DNA of 64,000 nt. Origin: an uncultured Acidobacteriota bacterium. GTDB lineage: Bacteria > Acidobacteriota > Polarisedimenticolia > J045. This document shows positions 40,601-50,622 of this stretch, in pieces (the stretch's first letter is position 1; every line of letters starts with the position of its first letter). The position numbers were made by a program, and so were the translations under genes. The notes under the pieces were generated by a model, which made no database searches, was not told where the DNA came from, and saw only the letters and a program-made list of their open reading frames with translations. The stretch lies in contig CAYQTA010000077.1 of NCBI GenBank assembly GCA_964420365.1, positions 13,070-77,069 on the forward strand, written 5' to 3'.

Positions 40601-42404
40601 CGGTTTCCTCCCCGGCTCCCCGGGGGTGCCGTTCCAGCCAGCGGCGAAGCACGAGGGAGGCGATCGGGGCCGCCGTCTCGCCCCCGTGCCCGCCGTGCTC
40701 GACCAGGATCGCCCACGCGAGGCGCGGGTCGTCCACCGGGCCGAACCCGATGAACCAGGCGTTGTCCCCCGGGTCCTCCTCCGCGTCCCGGGAGACCACC
40801 TGGGCCGTCCCGGTCTTCCCGGCGACGACCACCCCCGGCACCCGTGCCCGCCGCGCGGTGCCGTGGTCCGATTCGACCACGTCGATCATCGCCGCCCGCA
40901 CCTGCTCGATCGTTCCGGGGTGCAGCCCCAGGGGAACCGGCGCGACGTTCCCCTCTCCCCCGACCTTCAGGTGCGGGTGGACCCGGAACCCGCCGTTGGC
41001 GATCGCGGCCGCGACGACCGCCATCTGCAGCGGCGTCACCTCGAGGGGGCCCTGGCCGATGGCCACGGAGATCGTCTCCCCCGGGTACCAGGGCTCGCCC
41101 CGGGTCCGGCGCTTCCAGGCGTCGTCGGGCACGATCCCGGCCGCCTCCCCCAGGAGCGGGATCCCGGTACGGGCCCCGAGGCCGAACCTCCTCGCCCACG
41201 CCGCGATCCGCTCGATCCCCAGCCGCTGGCCGAGGGTATAGAAGAAGATGTTGCACGAGCGGACGATCGCCTCCCGCAGGTCGACCTCCCCGTGCCCCCA
41301 GGTGCGGTGACAGTGGAACGTCCGGCCGTAGAACCGGGCGGCGCCGAGACAGCGGATCCGTTCCCCCCGCGCCAGCATTCCCTCCTCCAGGGCCGCGACA
41401 GCCATGACGATCTTGAACGTCGACCCCGGGGAATACACGCTGCCGATCACCCGGTCGTGGAGCGGGCGGCGCGGATCCTCGGTGAGCCGGGCCCACGCGG
41501 CCGGCGTCAGGCGGCCCTCGAACACGTTGGGATCGAAGCTCGGACCGGAATAGAGCCCGCGGACGGCCCCCGTGCGCGGGTCGAGGAACACGGCCGCGCC
41601 CGCCCGCTCCCCGAACGCCTCCCGGAGGTCACGCTGGAGGGCGGCCTCCAGGGTCAGCCGCACCGCCCGGCCATGCCGGGCCGGCTGGAGCACGGTCACC
41701 TCGCCGAGCGGCCGCCCCCGGGCATTGACCTCCTCGAGTACCCACCCGGGCCTGCCGCGCAGTTCGCGGTCCCACGCGCGCTCGACGCCGGTCCGGCCGA
41801 CCCGGTCGCCGGGCAGGAGATCGTCCCGCTCCCGCAGCTCCTTCTCGGTCGCCTCGGAAAGGTAGCCGATCACGTGGGCCGCGGCCTCCCCCAGGGGATA
41901 GTGGCGGCGGGCGATCACCGCGACGTCGATGGCCGGGAGGTCCTCCCGCCGCGCCTCGATCCTGGCGGCCGCCGCCAGGTCGACCCCGGAGAGCAGCACG
42001 ACCGGCAGGAAGCGCGGCAGTCTTGCGCCCCGCTCCAGCCGCTCGAGCATCGGGGCCGGGTCGCGGTCGAGCAGTTCCGCCAGGCGGCGGACCTCCGCCT
42101 CCGGGTCCCGGCAACGCTCCCGGTCGAGGGTCACGGCGAAGGCGGGGCGGTTGGTCGCGACCAGCTCGCCGCCGGCGTCCCGGAGAAGACCCCGGACCGG
42201 GCGGATCACCCGGCGGCGCAGCCGGTTCTCCTCGGCGAGACGCCGGTACTCGGGTCCCCGGACCACCTGGAGGTACCAGAAGATCCCCGCGTAGACCACG
42301 AACACGGCGACGACCACCACGCGGAGGACCAGCAACCGCCGCGCCAGCATCCGCGACAACTGGTACTCCACGTAGGGCCGGAGCTTGCGGTAGTCGATCC
42401 GCAT
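40581..42404 (-). CDS. mrdA: penicillin-binding protein 2 (elongasome transpeptidase)
   Basis: N-terminal TM + PBP dimerisation domain, transpeptidase STFK, SCN (SRN variant SCNIFF) and KTGTA motifs; ATG at 42402-42404. Confidence 0.85.
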   Translation of the reverse strand: MRIDYRKLRPYVEYQLSRMLARRLLVLRVVVVAVFVVYAGIFWYLQVVRGPEYRRLAEENRLRRRVIRPVRGLLRDAGGELVATNRPAFAVTLDRERCRDPEAEVRRLAELLDRDPAPMLERLERGARLPRFLPVVLLSGVDLAAAARIEARREDLPAIDVAVIARRHYPLGEAAAHVIGYLSEATEKELRERDDLLPGDRVGRTGVERAWDRELRGRPGWVLEEVNARGRPLGEVTVLQPARHGRAVRLTLEAALQRDLREAFGERAGAAVFLDPRTGAVRGLYSGPSFDPNVFEGRLTPAAWARLTEDPRRPLHDRVIGSVYSPGSTFKIVMAVAALEEGMLARGERIRCLGAARFYGRTFHCHRTWGHGEVDLREAIVRSCNIFFYTLGQRLGIERIAAWARRFGLGARTGIPLLGEAAGIVPDDAWKRRTRGEPWYPGETISVAIGQGPLEVTPLQMAVVAAAIANGGFRVHPHLKVGGEGNVAPVPLGLHPGTIEQVRAAMIDVVESDHGTARRARVPGVVVAGKTGTAQVVSRDAEEDPGDNAWFIGFGPVDDPRLAWAILVEHGGHGGETAAPIASLVLRRWLERHPRGAGEETGALAKK

Positions 42405-42405
42405 G

Positions 42406-42879
42406 TCAGTCCAGCCAGCCCCGCCGGGCCGCCCACCCGGCAAGGAGGACGCCCAGCACCGCGTTCACCGCCGCCATCGCGAGCCAGGTCCCCGGGCCGG
42501 GCACCGGTCCGGGCGGGAGGTCGAACAGGGCCACCAGGCCGAGCTCGAGCCCCCACGCGGCGAGGGAGCCGCCGAAGATCGCGATCGCCCGGGGCAGGGC
42601 CTGGCCGAGATCCACGAAGCCGGCGAGGAGGGCCAGCCCGTACGCGAGCGTCATGTCGACGAGGGCGTGGCAGCCGAACCACTTTCCGAAGGCCGCGTCG
42701 TCGAGGAGGCCGGCCACCAGGCCCACCAGGAGCGCGGGCCTGGTCCGTCCCGGGAGCGCCGCCACGAGGGCGACGACGAGCAGCGGATCCGCCAGGTGTG
42801 CGAGCGGACCCCCGAGGCGCAGCAGGGCCCCGAGGACCAGCGCCCCCGGCAGGAAGACGACCAGGGCCCGCGGTTTCAC
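42406..42879 (-). CDS. mreD: rod shape-determining protein MreD
   Basis: 157-aa polytopic membrane protein in canonical position between mreC and mrdA; GTG start overlapping mreC stop (GTGA). Confidence 0.7.
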   Translation of the reverse strand: MKPRALVVFLPGALVLGALLRLGGPLAHLADPLLVVALVAALPGRTRPALLVGLVAGLLDDAAFGKWFGCHALVDMTLAYGLALLAGFVDLGQALPRAIAIFGGSLAAWGLELGLVALFDLPPGPVPGPGTWLAMAAVNAVLGVLLAGWAARRGWLD

Positions 42880-43730
42880 GGGCCGTCCTCCGCGTCCCCC
42901 GGTCGCTCGACCGGGGGCGGGGGGGGCACGAGAAGCACTTCCTCGAGCGCCGACCCGGTGAACGCCAGGTCGACCCGGATCGTCCAGGTCAGGGGGGAGT
43001 TCCCGCCGAGGGCCCGGACCCGGCCGACGACCAGGCCCGGCGGGTAGACACCGTCCAGGCCGCTGGTCACCAGCGTGTCCCCGACGACCACCGGCCGATC
43101 CCGGGGAACGTAGTCCAGCCGGGCGACCACGGCCGCCCCGCGCCCCCCCCCGTGGAGCACCCCGACGTACCGGCCCTCCCGGTGCCGGACGGCGACCGCG
43201 GCGTCCGGGTCCTCGAGGGTCATCACCTCGGCGCTGCGGCGCCCGGCCCGGACGACCAGGCCGACCAGCGCGCCCCGGTGAACCGCCACCCAGCCCCGGG
43301 TCACTCCGTCCCGCCGCCCCCGGTCGACGAGCAGCATCCGGTTCCGCGGCCCCGACGAGAGATCGGCGACGACCCGCGCCACCAGCGCCCGCTCGAACGC
43401 CCCGGAGCGCGCCAGGTCGAGCATCTCCCGGAGGCGGTCGTTCTCCCGCCGGACCTCGTCGCAGAGGGCCACGTCGGTCTCCAACCGTTCCAGGCGGGCC
43501 CGGAGTTCGTCCCGTTCCCGGCGAATCCCGACGAGGGCGACGTATCCCGTCCACCCCCGCCGCACCAGGTCGACCGTGCCGATCACGCCGTCGACCACCG
43601 GCGCGACGACCGCCCGGCCGGCGGCGAGCAGAGCGTTTCCCCGCCCGTCGACGGGAACCTGCCAGGCGAGCACGGCGAGGAGCAGCATCGCCAGCACCAC
43701 GTAGAGGAGGGCGGTCCGCCGTTCATCCAT
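42876..43730 (-). CDS. mreC: rod shape-determining protein MreC
   Basis: N-terminal TM, coiled coil, then MreC beta domain (GDTLVTSGLDGVYPPGLVVGRV), C-terminal Pro-rich tail. Confidence 0.8.
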   Translation of the reverse strand: MDERRTALLYVVLAMLLLAVLAWQVPVDGRGNALLAAGRAVVAPVVDGVIGTVDLVRRGWTGYVALVGIRRERDELRARLERLETDVALCDEVRRENDRLREMLDLARSGAFERALVARVVADLSSGPRNRMLLVDRGRRDGVTRGWVAVHRGALVGLVVRAGRRSAEVMTLEDPDAAVAVRHREGRYVGVLHGGGRGAAVVARLDYVPRDRPVVVGDTLVTSGLDGVYPPGLVVGRVRALGGNSPLTWTIRVDLAFTGSALEEVLLVPPPPPVERPGDAEDGP

Positions 43731-43814
43731 CGGCCGCCCTCCCGCACGGGGCGCGGGAGCCGGGGATCCCCTGGTGCTGCCGGGAGACGGCGTACCCGCG
43801 CTGGAGAACCGGCG

Positions 43815-44846
<1,032 letters not shown>

Positions 44847-44944
44847 GGGTTCCTCCGGGGACGCGGCCGGTGGCCGCGCCGCGGGCAAATGCTAGCGAAC
44901 CCGGGGCTTTCCGACAAGGAAAAAACGCCCCGGAACAGCTCTCC

Positions 44945-46399
44945 TCACGTGCCCACCGGCTCGGGAGGCGCCACGGGGGCCGCCCGGGCGACACCGTTCT
45001 TGCCGGAGTTCTTGACCGCGTACATCGCCGCGTCGGCGGAGGCGAGCAGCTCCTCGGCGGTGCGGCCGTTCTCCGGCCAGGAGGCGACCCCGATACTGGC
45101 GGAGATCCGCACGTCGAGACCGAACCCCTCGAGGAACGGGTGACTCGCGATCCGTTCGCGGAGTCGCTCCGCCATCTTCATCGCTCCCTCGCCGCCCGTC
45201 TCGGGGAGGACGACGGCGAACTCGTCGCCTCCCCACCGGGCCACCACGTCGATCTCCCGCACGTTCCGGCGCAGCACCTCGCCGACCTCCACGAGCGTGC
45301 GGGACCCGGCCATGTGGCCGTGAACGTCGTTGACCTGCTTGAACCCGTCGAGGTCGATGAAGAGGAGGGAAACCGGGTGGCGGTACCGCTGGGCCCGCTT
45401 CGTCTCCCGCCGGAGGTAGTTCTCCATGAACCGGGCGTTGTACAGGTGGGTCAGGTCGTCCGTGACGGTCCGCTCCTCGAGCTTCCGGAAGAGGAGGGCG
45501 TTGTCCAGGGCGACCGCGGCCGGCTCCATCACGGTCTCGACCAGGCCCACCTCCGGGTGGCGGAACCGCCCCCCGGGAGGATCGGCCAGCTCGGCGACGC
45601 CGATCACGCGCCCCCGGGACACGAGGGGCAGGGCCAGGACCACCCGCGGGGCCCGCCCGGGCCACTCCCGGAGCCGGTCGACCCGCGGATCGGCCGCGGG
45701 ATCCTCGACGACCGCCTGCGCCCGCGTCCGGGCCACCCAGCCGGCAAGCCCGGCGTCGAGGGGCATCTCGCCGGACGGGGGATGCTCCTGCTCCTCCCGG
45801 TCGGCGGCGTCCAGCAGCAGCCGCCCGCCGATCTCGTCCACGCGGTAGAGTCGCCACCGGCGGCATCCGACCAGGGCCCCTGCCCGCTCCATGACGAAGC
45901 GCGAGACCATCCCCGGGTCGAGGAGGGCGCCCGCCGCCTGGATCGTGTCCGAGAGGATCGCCAGCCGGTGCTCGAGGGCCCCCATTCGCGCCCGGGCCCG
46001 GCCGAGGGCACGGAGGGCCCGGGCGGCGCTTCCCCGGGCCTCCGCGAGTGCCGCGAGCACCTCGGGCCTCAGGGGTGCCGGGAGTCCCCGCTCGACCCAC
46101 CCGTCCCAGGCCTCGACCCGCCGGGGGAGCGCGGCCGGCCGGGCCAGCACGTACCACGAGGCCGCGGAACGACGGCGGCGCAACAGCCGCAGTGCGCCCG
46201 CCAGGTCTTCCTCCGCCCGCGGAATGCCGAGGATGACCAGGGGGGCGGCCGGCAGCCGCCCGGTGATCGCCCGGGGGTCGGGTGGAACGACGTGGAGGAG
46301 TTCCCGGGTCCCGGGGGCGAGCAGGCCCGACGCCCGCTCCGGTGGCGCCACCAGGAGCGCGAGCGCGCGTCCCCGGCCGGTCCGCGGTTCAGTAGACAT
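44945..46399 (-). CDS. diguanylate cyclase with degenerate receiver-like N-terminus, GAF domain and GGDEF domain
   Basis: GGDEF active site RWGGDEF with upstream GFKQVND and I-site-like RxxD; central GAF-like segment; start uncertain (ATG 46399 or 46444). Confidence 0.7.
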   Translation of the reverse strand: MSTEPRTGRGRALALLVAPPERASGLLAPGTRELLHVVPPDPRAITGRLPAAPLVILGIPRAEEDLAGALRLLRRRRSAASWYVLARPAALPRRVEAWDGWVERGLPAPLRPEVLAALAEARGSAARALRALGRARARMGALEHRLAILSDTIQAAGALLDPGMVSRFVMERAGALVGCRRWRLYRVDEIGGRLLLDAADREEQEHPPSGEMPLDAGLAGWVARTRAQAVVEDPAADPRVDRLREWPGRAPRVVLALPLVSRGRVIGVAELADPPGGRFRHPEVGLVETVMEPAAVALDNALLFRKLEERTVTDDLTHLYNARFMENYLRRETKRAQRYRHPVSLLFIDLDGFKQVNDVHGHMAGSRTLVEVGEVLRRNVREIDVVARWGGDEFAVVLPETGGEGAMKMAERLRERIASHPFLEGFGLDVRISASIGVASWPENGRTAEELLASADAAMYAVKNSGKNGVARAAPVAPPEPVGT

Positions 46400-47831
46400 C
46401 GACGTAGGCGTACCCCGTGCGGCGGGTCTCGTTTCCCGCGGCATCCTGGGCGAGGAAGGAGATCCGGTTCTCCCCGTCCCGGCGCAGCCGGATCACCCAC
46501 GTGAAGCTCCCGTCGTCCTCCAGGTCGACCCGCTCCCCGTCGATCCAGAGGAGCGCACCGGGTTCCGTCCGGCCGTGGATGATCGCGTTGGCGCCGACGA
46601 CCAGGATCTCCCGCACGTCCAGCGCCGGCGGCGTGCGGTCGTCCGGATCCCGGAACTCGCTGCCCAGGACGCGGAACCGGCGAACCGGCGACCAGCGTCC
46701 CTCGTTTCCCTTCCGGTCGACGGCCGCGACCCGCCAGTAGTACGTCCCCGGCGCCAGGGGAGGCAGTTCGACGGACGTCCGGGCCAGGTGGTCGAGGTCC
46801 AGTGTCGCCTGGGCGAAGAACGGGCGCGTCGCCAGCACCAGGTGGTAGAACGCCGCACCGGTGACGGGGCCCCAGGAAAGGGTCACCTGCGCCTCCCGCG
46901 GCGCGAGGAACGCCTTCTGGTCCGGAGGGGCCACCGGGTCGGGGGGCGCCAGGAGTCGCTCCTGCTCGACGATCCTGCCCCCCTCGAGGGCCACCCGGGT
47001 GTTCTCGGGCAGCGGCAGCTCCCGGCCACCGGCCGCCAGGTGGACCTGGCCCGAGAGGGAGACGACTTCCGAGCGTCCCGCCTCCCGGTCGTGCCCGACC
47101 TCGAACTCCGTGCCTCCCTCCGCGCGAACCCGGACGTTCTCGGTGGCGACCTCGTGGACGGAGTCCACGCCCGGCGCCGCCTGGGTCGCGGCACGCAGGC
47201 GCCCCCAGGCGAGGCGCTCGGCCACCCGCTGGCGGCGCGCCCCGTCGTCCCGAAACAGCTCCCGGATCTCCAGGAGGGTTCCGGGGCTGACGGTCATCAT
47301 CGCGCCGTCGAAGTAGAGGAGCCGCGCGGTGCCGTCGCTTCCCGTGCGAACCTGGTCCCCCTCGTGCAGGACCATCCGCTCGGTCGCCGCCTCCCAGAGG
47401 AACTGGCCGGCCCGCTTGATCCGCACGTCCCCCTCGACGCGGACGACCCGTACGCCGGTCTCCCCCGCCCCCTCCTGGTCGAGGAGGTCCCGGGCGAGGA
47501 GGGCCGCCGCCTCCGCCTCGTCGACCGCCCCCGACCAGTCGCCGCCCGCCCGCGCCTCCCGCGCGGCCCCGAGGTGTTCCTCGGCCCGGGCGAGGGGCCC
47601 GGTCCCCGCGTGCCGCTCCCGGGCCCGCGAAACCAGTTCCTCCGCCCGGGCGATCGCCCGGTCGGCCGCCTCCCGGTCCGCCCCCCCCCGGCCGGCGAGC
47701 CACCACCAGGCCCCCCCACCGGCGGCGAGGGCCAGGACCACCAGCAGGGCCAGGACGGTCCGGTAGCGCACGTAGACCCACTCCACCGCCACGGTGGAGG
47801 GTCGCCTGCCGCCCTGCCGCGCGTCGTTCAT
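46389..47831 (-). CDS. FecR-domain membrane protein (anti-sigma/FecR-like sensor with C-terminal beta-sandwich)
   Basis: N-terminal TM VLALLVVLALAAGGGAWWWL, FecR-like fold VRVEGDVRIKRAGQFLWEAATERMVLHEGDQVRTGSDGTARLLY; stop overlaps GGDEF gene. Confidence 0.65.
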   Translation of the reverse strand: MNDARQGGRRPSTVAVEWVYVRYRTVLALLVVLALAAGGGAWWWLAGRGGADREAADRAIARAEELVSRARERHAGTGPLARAEEHLGAAREARAGGDWSGAVDEAEAAALLARDLLDQEGAGETGVRVVRVEGDVRIKRAGQFLWEAATERMVLHEGDQVRTGSDGTARLLYFDGAMMTVSPGTLLEIRELFRDDGARRQRVAERLAWGRLRAATQAAPGVDSVHEVATENVRVRAEGGTEFEVGHDREAGRSEVVSLSGQVHLAAGGRELPLPENTRVALEGGRIVEQERLLAPPDPVAPPDQKAFLAPREAQVTLSWGPVTGAAFYHLVLATRPFFAQATLDLDHLARTSVELPPLAPGTYYWRVAAVDRKGNEGRWSPVRRFRVLGSEFRDPDDRTPPALDVREILVVGANAIIHGRTEPGALLWIDGERVDLEDDGSFTWVIRLRRDGENRISFLAQDAAGNETRRTGYAYVDVY

Positions 47832-48055
47832 CCGGCCCTCTCCCCGGGATCGGTCGCCCCGCGGCCGCGGTGCGGCCCCCGGCCGCCGGAGGCGCGCCCC
47901 GCCCGTGTTCTCCGGGTGGGGTGGTCCGCCCCGTTTCCAACTTGGTTCCCGGCGTCCGCGCGTGCAAATCCCCGAACGGCGCGAACTTGCCCCCCCCGGC
48001 GGGTTCGGGTAGATTCCGTGCGCCCTGCGGGGGCCCAGCTGGGAGGACTCTGCCC

Positions 48056-49984
48056 GTGCTCAACGTCTTTCGAGAGAACCTCAAGCACCTCAAGTGGATC
48101 CTCTGGTTCGTGATCGCGAGCTTCGCCCTGTTCTTCGGCGTGTCGTGGTGGCGCGGTGGCCGCGCGGCCGGCGAGGACTGGGTGGCGACGGCCAACGGAA
48201 AGGAGATCCCGGCATCCGTGTGGCGCGAGCAGGCCCAGCGGCAGGACGAGCAGTACCGCCGGATGTTCGGCAAGCGGTACGAGGAGATCGCCAAGCAGAT
48301 CAACCTCGGCTACCAGGTGGCGGAGCAGCTTGTCCGGAAGGAGCTGGTCTGCCAGGACGCCCGCAGGCTCGGGCTCGAGGTCTCCCGGAAGGAGCTGGCG
48401 AACGCGATCCTGCAGTTCCCCCAGTTCAATCCCGGCGGGACCTTCGTCGGAAAGAAGAAGTACGAGGAGATGATCGCCCGCGGGTTCTTCCCGCCCTTCC
48501 GGAACGCGGCCGAGTTCGAGGCGGCCCTCGCGGACGACCTGCTCTACCGCAAGTGGCAGGCCCTCGTCGCGCGGGGGGTGGTGGTCACCGAGGACGAGGT
48601 CCGGGACGCCTTCCGGCGACGCCACGAGAAGGTCACGTTCGAGTACCTGGTCCTCCCCCTGGAGCGCTACGAAAAGAAGGTGGAGCCCTCCGAGGCGGAG
48701 CTGCGGGCCTTCTACGAGGCCCACCGCGACCGCTGGTCCCGCGGCGAGGGCCGGCGCGCCCTCTTCGTCCTGGTCGATGACCGGGCCGTCGCCGACCGGG
48801 TGAAGATCCCCGAGGAGGAACTGAAGAAGTACTACGAGGAACACCAGGACCTCTTCACCCGGCCCGAGGAGCGGCGGGCCCGCCACATCCTGGTCAAGGT
48901 CGCCCCCGACGCCTCCCCCGCCGAGCAGGAGGCCGCCCGCAAGAAGGCCGAGGAAATCGCTGCCCGCGCCCGGGCCGGGGAGGACTTCGCCACCCTGGCG
49001 AAGAAATACTCGGACGACCCGGGCTCGAAGAAGGTCGGCGGGGAACTCGGGTGGTTCCCCCGCGGCCGGATGGTGCCGGAGTTCGAGGAGGCGGTCTTCT
49101 CCATGTCGCCGGGAGCGATCTCCGACCCGGTGAAGACGCCGTACGGCTGGCACGTCATCCTGCTCGAGGACGTCCGCGAGCCCGGTCTCCGGCCGTTCGA
49201 GGAGGTCCGCGACCAGATCGAGAGCCAGCTCCGCTTCCCCCGGCTGCGCGAGGAGGCGAAGAAGGTCGCGGCCGAGCTGCACGCCAAGGTGAAGTCGGCC
49301 GAGGACCTGGCCCGGGTGGCGCAGGAGATGGGTCTCCGGGTGCGCGACGCCGGGGTCGTCACGCGATCCAGCACGATCCCCGGCCTCGGCCCGGTGCCGG
49401 CCCTGGTGGAGGCGATCTTCTCCATCGAGCCCGGGCAGGTGACCGACGTCGTCGAGCTTCCCCGCGGGGCCGCGGTGGCCACCGTCAAGGAGGTCATCCC
49501 CGACTGGCTGCCTCCCCTCGAGGAGAACCGGGCGGCGGTGCTCGCCGCGTACCGGGCGGAAAAGGCCCGCGAGACGGCCCGCCGGGCCCTCGCCCGGGCG
49601 ATCGAGAAGTCGGGCGGGGACCTGGCCCGGGCCGCCAGGCTCCTGAAGGTGGAACTCCGGAAGACCGAGCCGGCCTTCGTCCGGGGACAGGAGCTGCCGG
49701 GGGTGGGCAAGGACCCGGCGGTGGAAGAGGCCGCCTTCGCGACCGAGCCCGGGCAGGTCAGCGAACCGATCGATGCCGAGCGGGCGGAGGTCGTGCTCCG
49801 GGTGCTCTCCCGGGAGGAACCCGACTGGGACCGCCTGGCCCGGGAGGCCGACGAGATCCGCGGCGCCCTGGTCGCCCCCCGGGCCCAGCGCCTGGTCGAG
49901 CAGAAGGTCCAGGCACTGCGGGAGTCCGCGGACGTCCGCTTCAACCCGCGCTACGTCGACCTGTCGGGCGGGGGCGGCCGCTGA
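48056..49984 (+). CDS. ppiD: periplasmic chaperone / peptidyl-prolyl isomerase PpiD (SurA-like, parvulin domain)
   Basis: GTG after GGGAGGA; N-terminal anchor KHLKWILWFVIASFALFF; parvulin domain RHILVKV...ELGWF...GWHVILLEDV; PpiD-like chaperone domains. Confidence 0.75.
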   Translation: MLNVFRENLKHLKWILWFVIASFALFFGVSWWRGGRAAGEDWVATANGKEIPASVWREQAQRQDEQYRRMFGKRYEEIAKQINLGYQVAEQLVRKELVCQDARRLGLEVSRKELANAILQFPQFNPGGTFVGKKKYEEMIARGFFPPFRNAAEFEAALADDLLYRKWQALVARGVVVTEDEVRDAFRRRHEKVTFEYLVLPLERYEKKVEPSEAELRAFYEAHRDRWSRGEGRRALFVLVDDRAVADRVKIPEEELKKYYEEHQDLFTRPEERRARHILVKVAPDASPAEQEAARKKAEEIAARARAGEDFATLAKKYSDDPGSKKVGGELGWFPRGRMVPEFEEAVFSMSPGAISDPVKTPYGWHVILLEDVREPGLRPFEEVRDQIESQLRFPRLREEAKKVAAELHAKVKSAEDLARVAQEMGLRVRDAGVVTRSSTIPGLGPVPALVEAIFSIEPGQVTDVVELPRGAAVATVKEVIPDWLPPLEENRAAVLAAYRAEKARETARRALARAIEKSGGDLARAARLLKVELRKTEPAFVRGQELPGVGKDPAVEEAAFATEPGQVSEPIDAERAEVVLRVLSREEPDWDRLAREADEIRGALVAPRAQRLVEQKVQALRESADVRFNPRYVDLSGGGGR

Positions 49985-50087
49985 CGAAATCGTCATCCCG
50001 ATCACCAGGTTCGCTCTGGAGCCCGCGGCGTCCGGGCCCCACATTCGGGAGTGGGGCCGGGTCGTTGCGGGCCCCGGGAGCGAGCCG

Positions 50088-50558
50088 ATGGCGATCCATC
50101 CCTGCTTCACGACCCTCGAGCGCAGCCGCGCCGCCTGGCGCGAGGGCCGCACGCGGGAGGCCCTCGCCCTCGCCGAGGCGGCCTGGATCGAGACCCGCGA
50201 GATCGCCGGGGCGCCGCCCCAGGCCGGGGTGGTGCTCGCCTGGTACGGCTGGCTCCTCGGCGTGGTGGGCGGCGACCGGGAACGGGGCCTGGCCCTCGTC
50301 CGGGAAGCGATCGAGCGGACCTTCTGGGAGCCGCGGGTCTTCGAGTACGCGGCACGCCTGATGCTGGCGATCGGGGACCGACGGGGCGCCCTCGATGCGG
50401 TCGAGCAGGGGCTGCGCCTCGCCCGCGGGGACCGGGAGCTGACGGCCCTCCGGCAGCAGCTCGGTGTCCGCCGGCCACCGCCCATTCCCTTCCTCGACCG
50501 CTCTCACCCGCTCAATCGCCGCCTCGGCCTCTGGCTCGCCCAGTCCGGCCGACGGTAG
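50088..50558 (+). CDS. hypothetical TPR-like protein
   Basis: 156-aa GC3-biased frame, helical-repeat composition, weak RBS. Confidence 0.45.
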   Translation: MAIHPCFTTLERSRAAWREGRTREALALAEAAWIETREIAGAPPQAGVVLAWYGWLLGVVGGDRERGLALVREAIERTFWEPRVFEYAARLMLAIGDRRGALDAVEQGLRLARGDRELTALRQQLGVRRPPPIPFLDRSHPLNRRLGLWLAQSGRR

Positions 50559-50622
50559 ACCGTCGCCCCGGACGGGAGGCGTGCTATCCTCCCTGCCCCC
50601 GCCCGGTTCGAGGCCACCGCCG

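Noticed and set aside
42390-42410. Possible frameshift between mreD and mrdA (1-nt gap, different frames)
   Set aside because: Both genes have normal lengths and their own start codons; tight spacing is the norm in this genome
47828-50485. 885-aa minus ORF antisense to ppiD
   Set aside because: ppiD frame has parvulin motifs and a membrane anchor; antisense frame is low complexity
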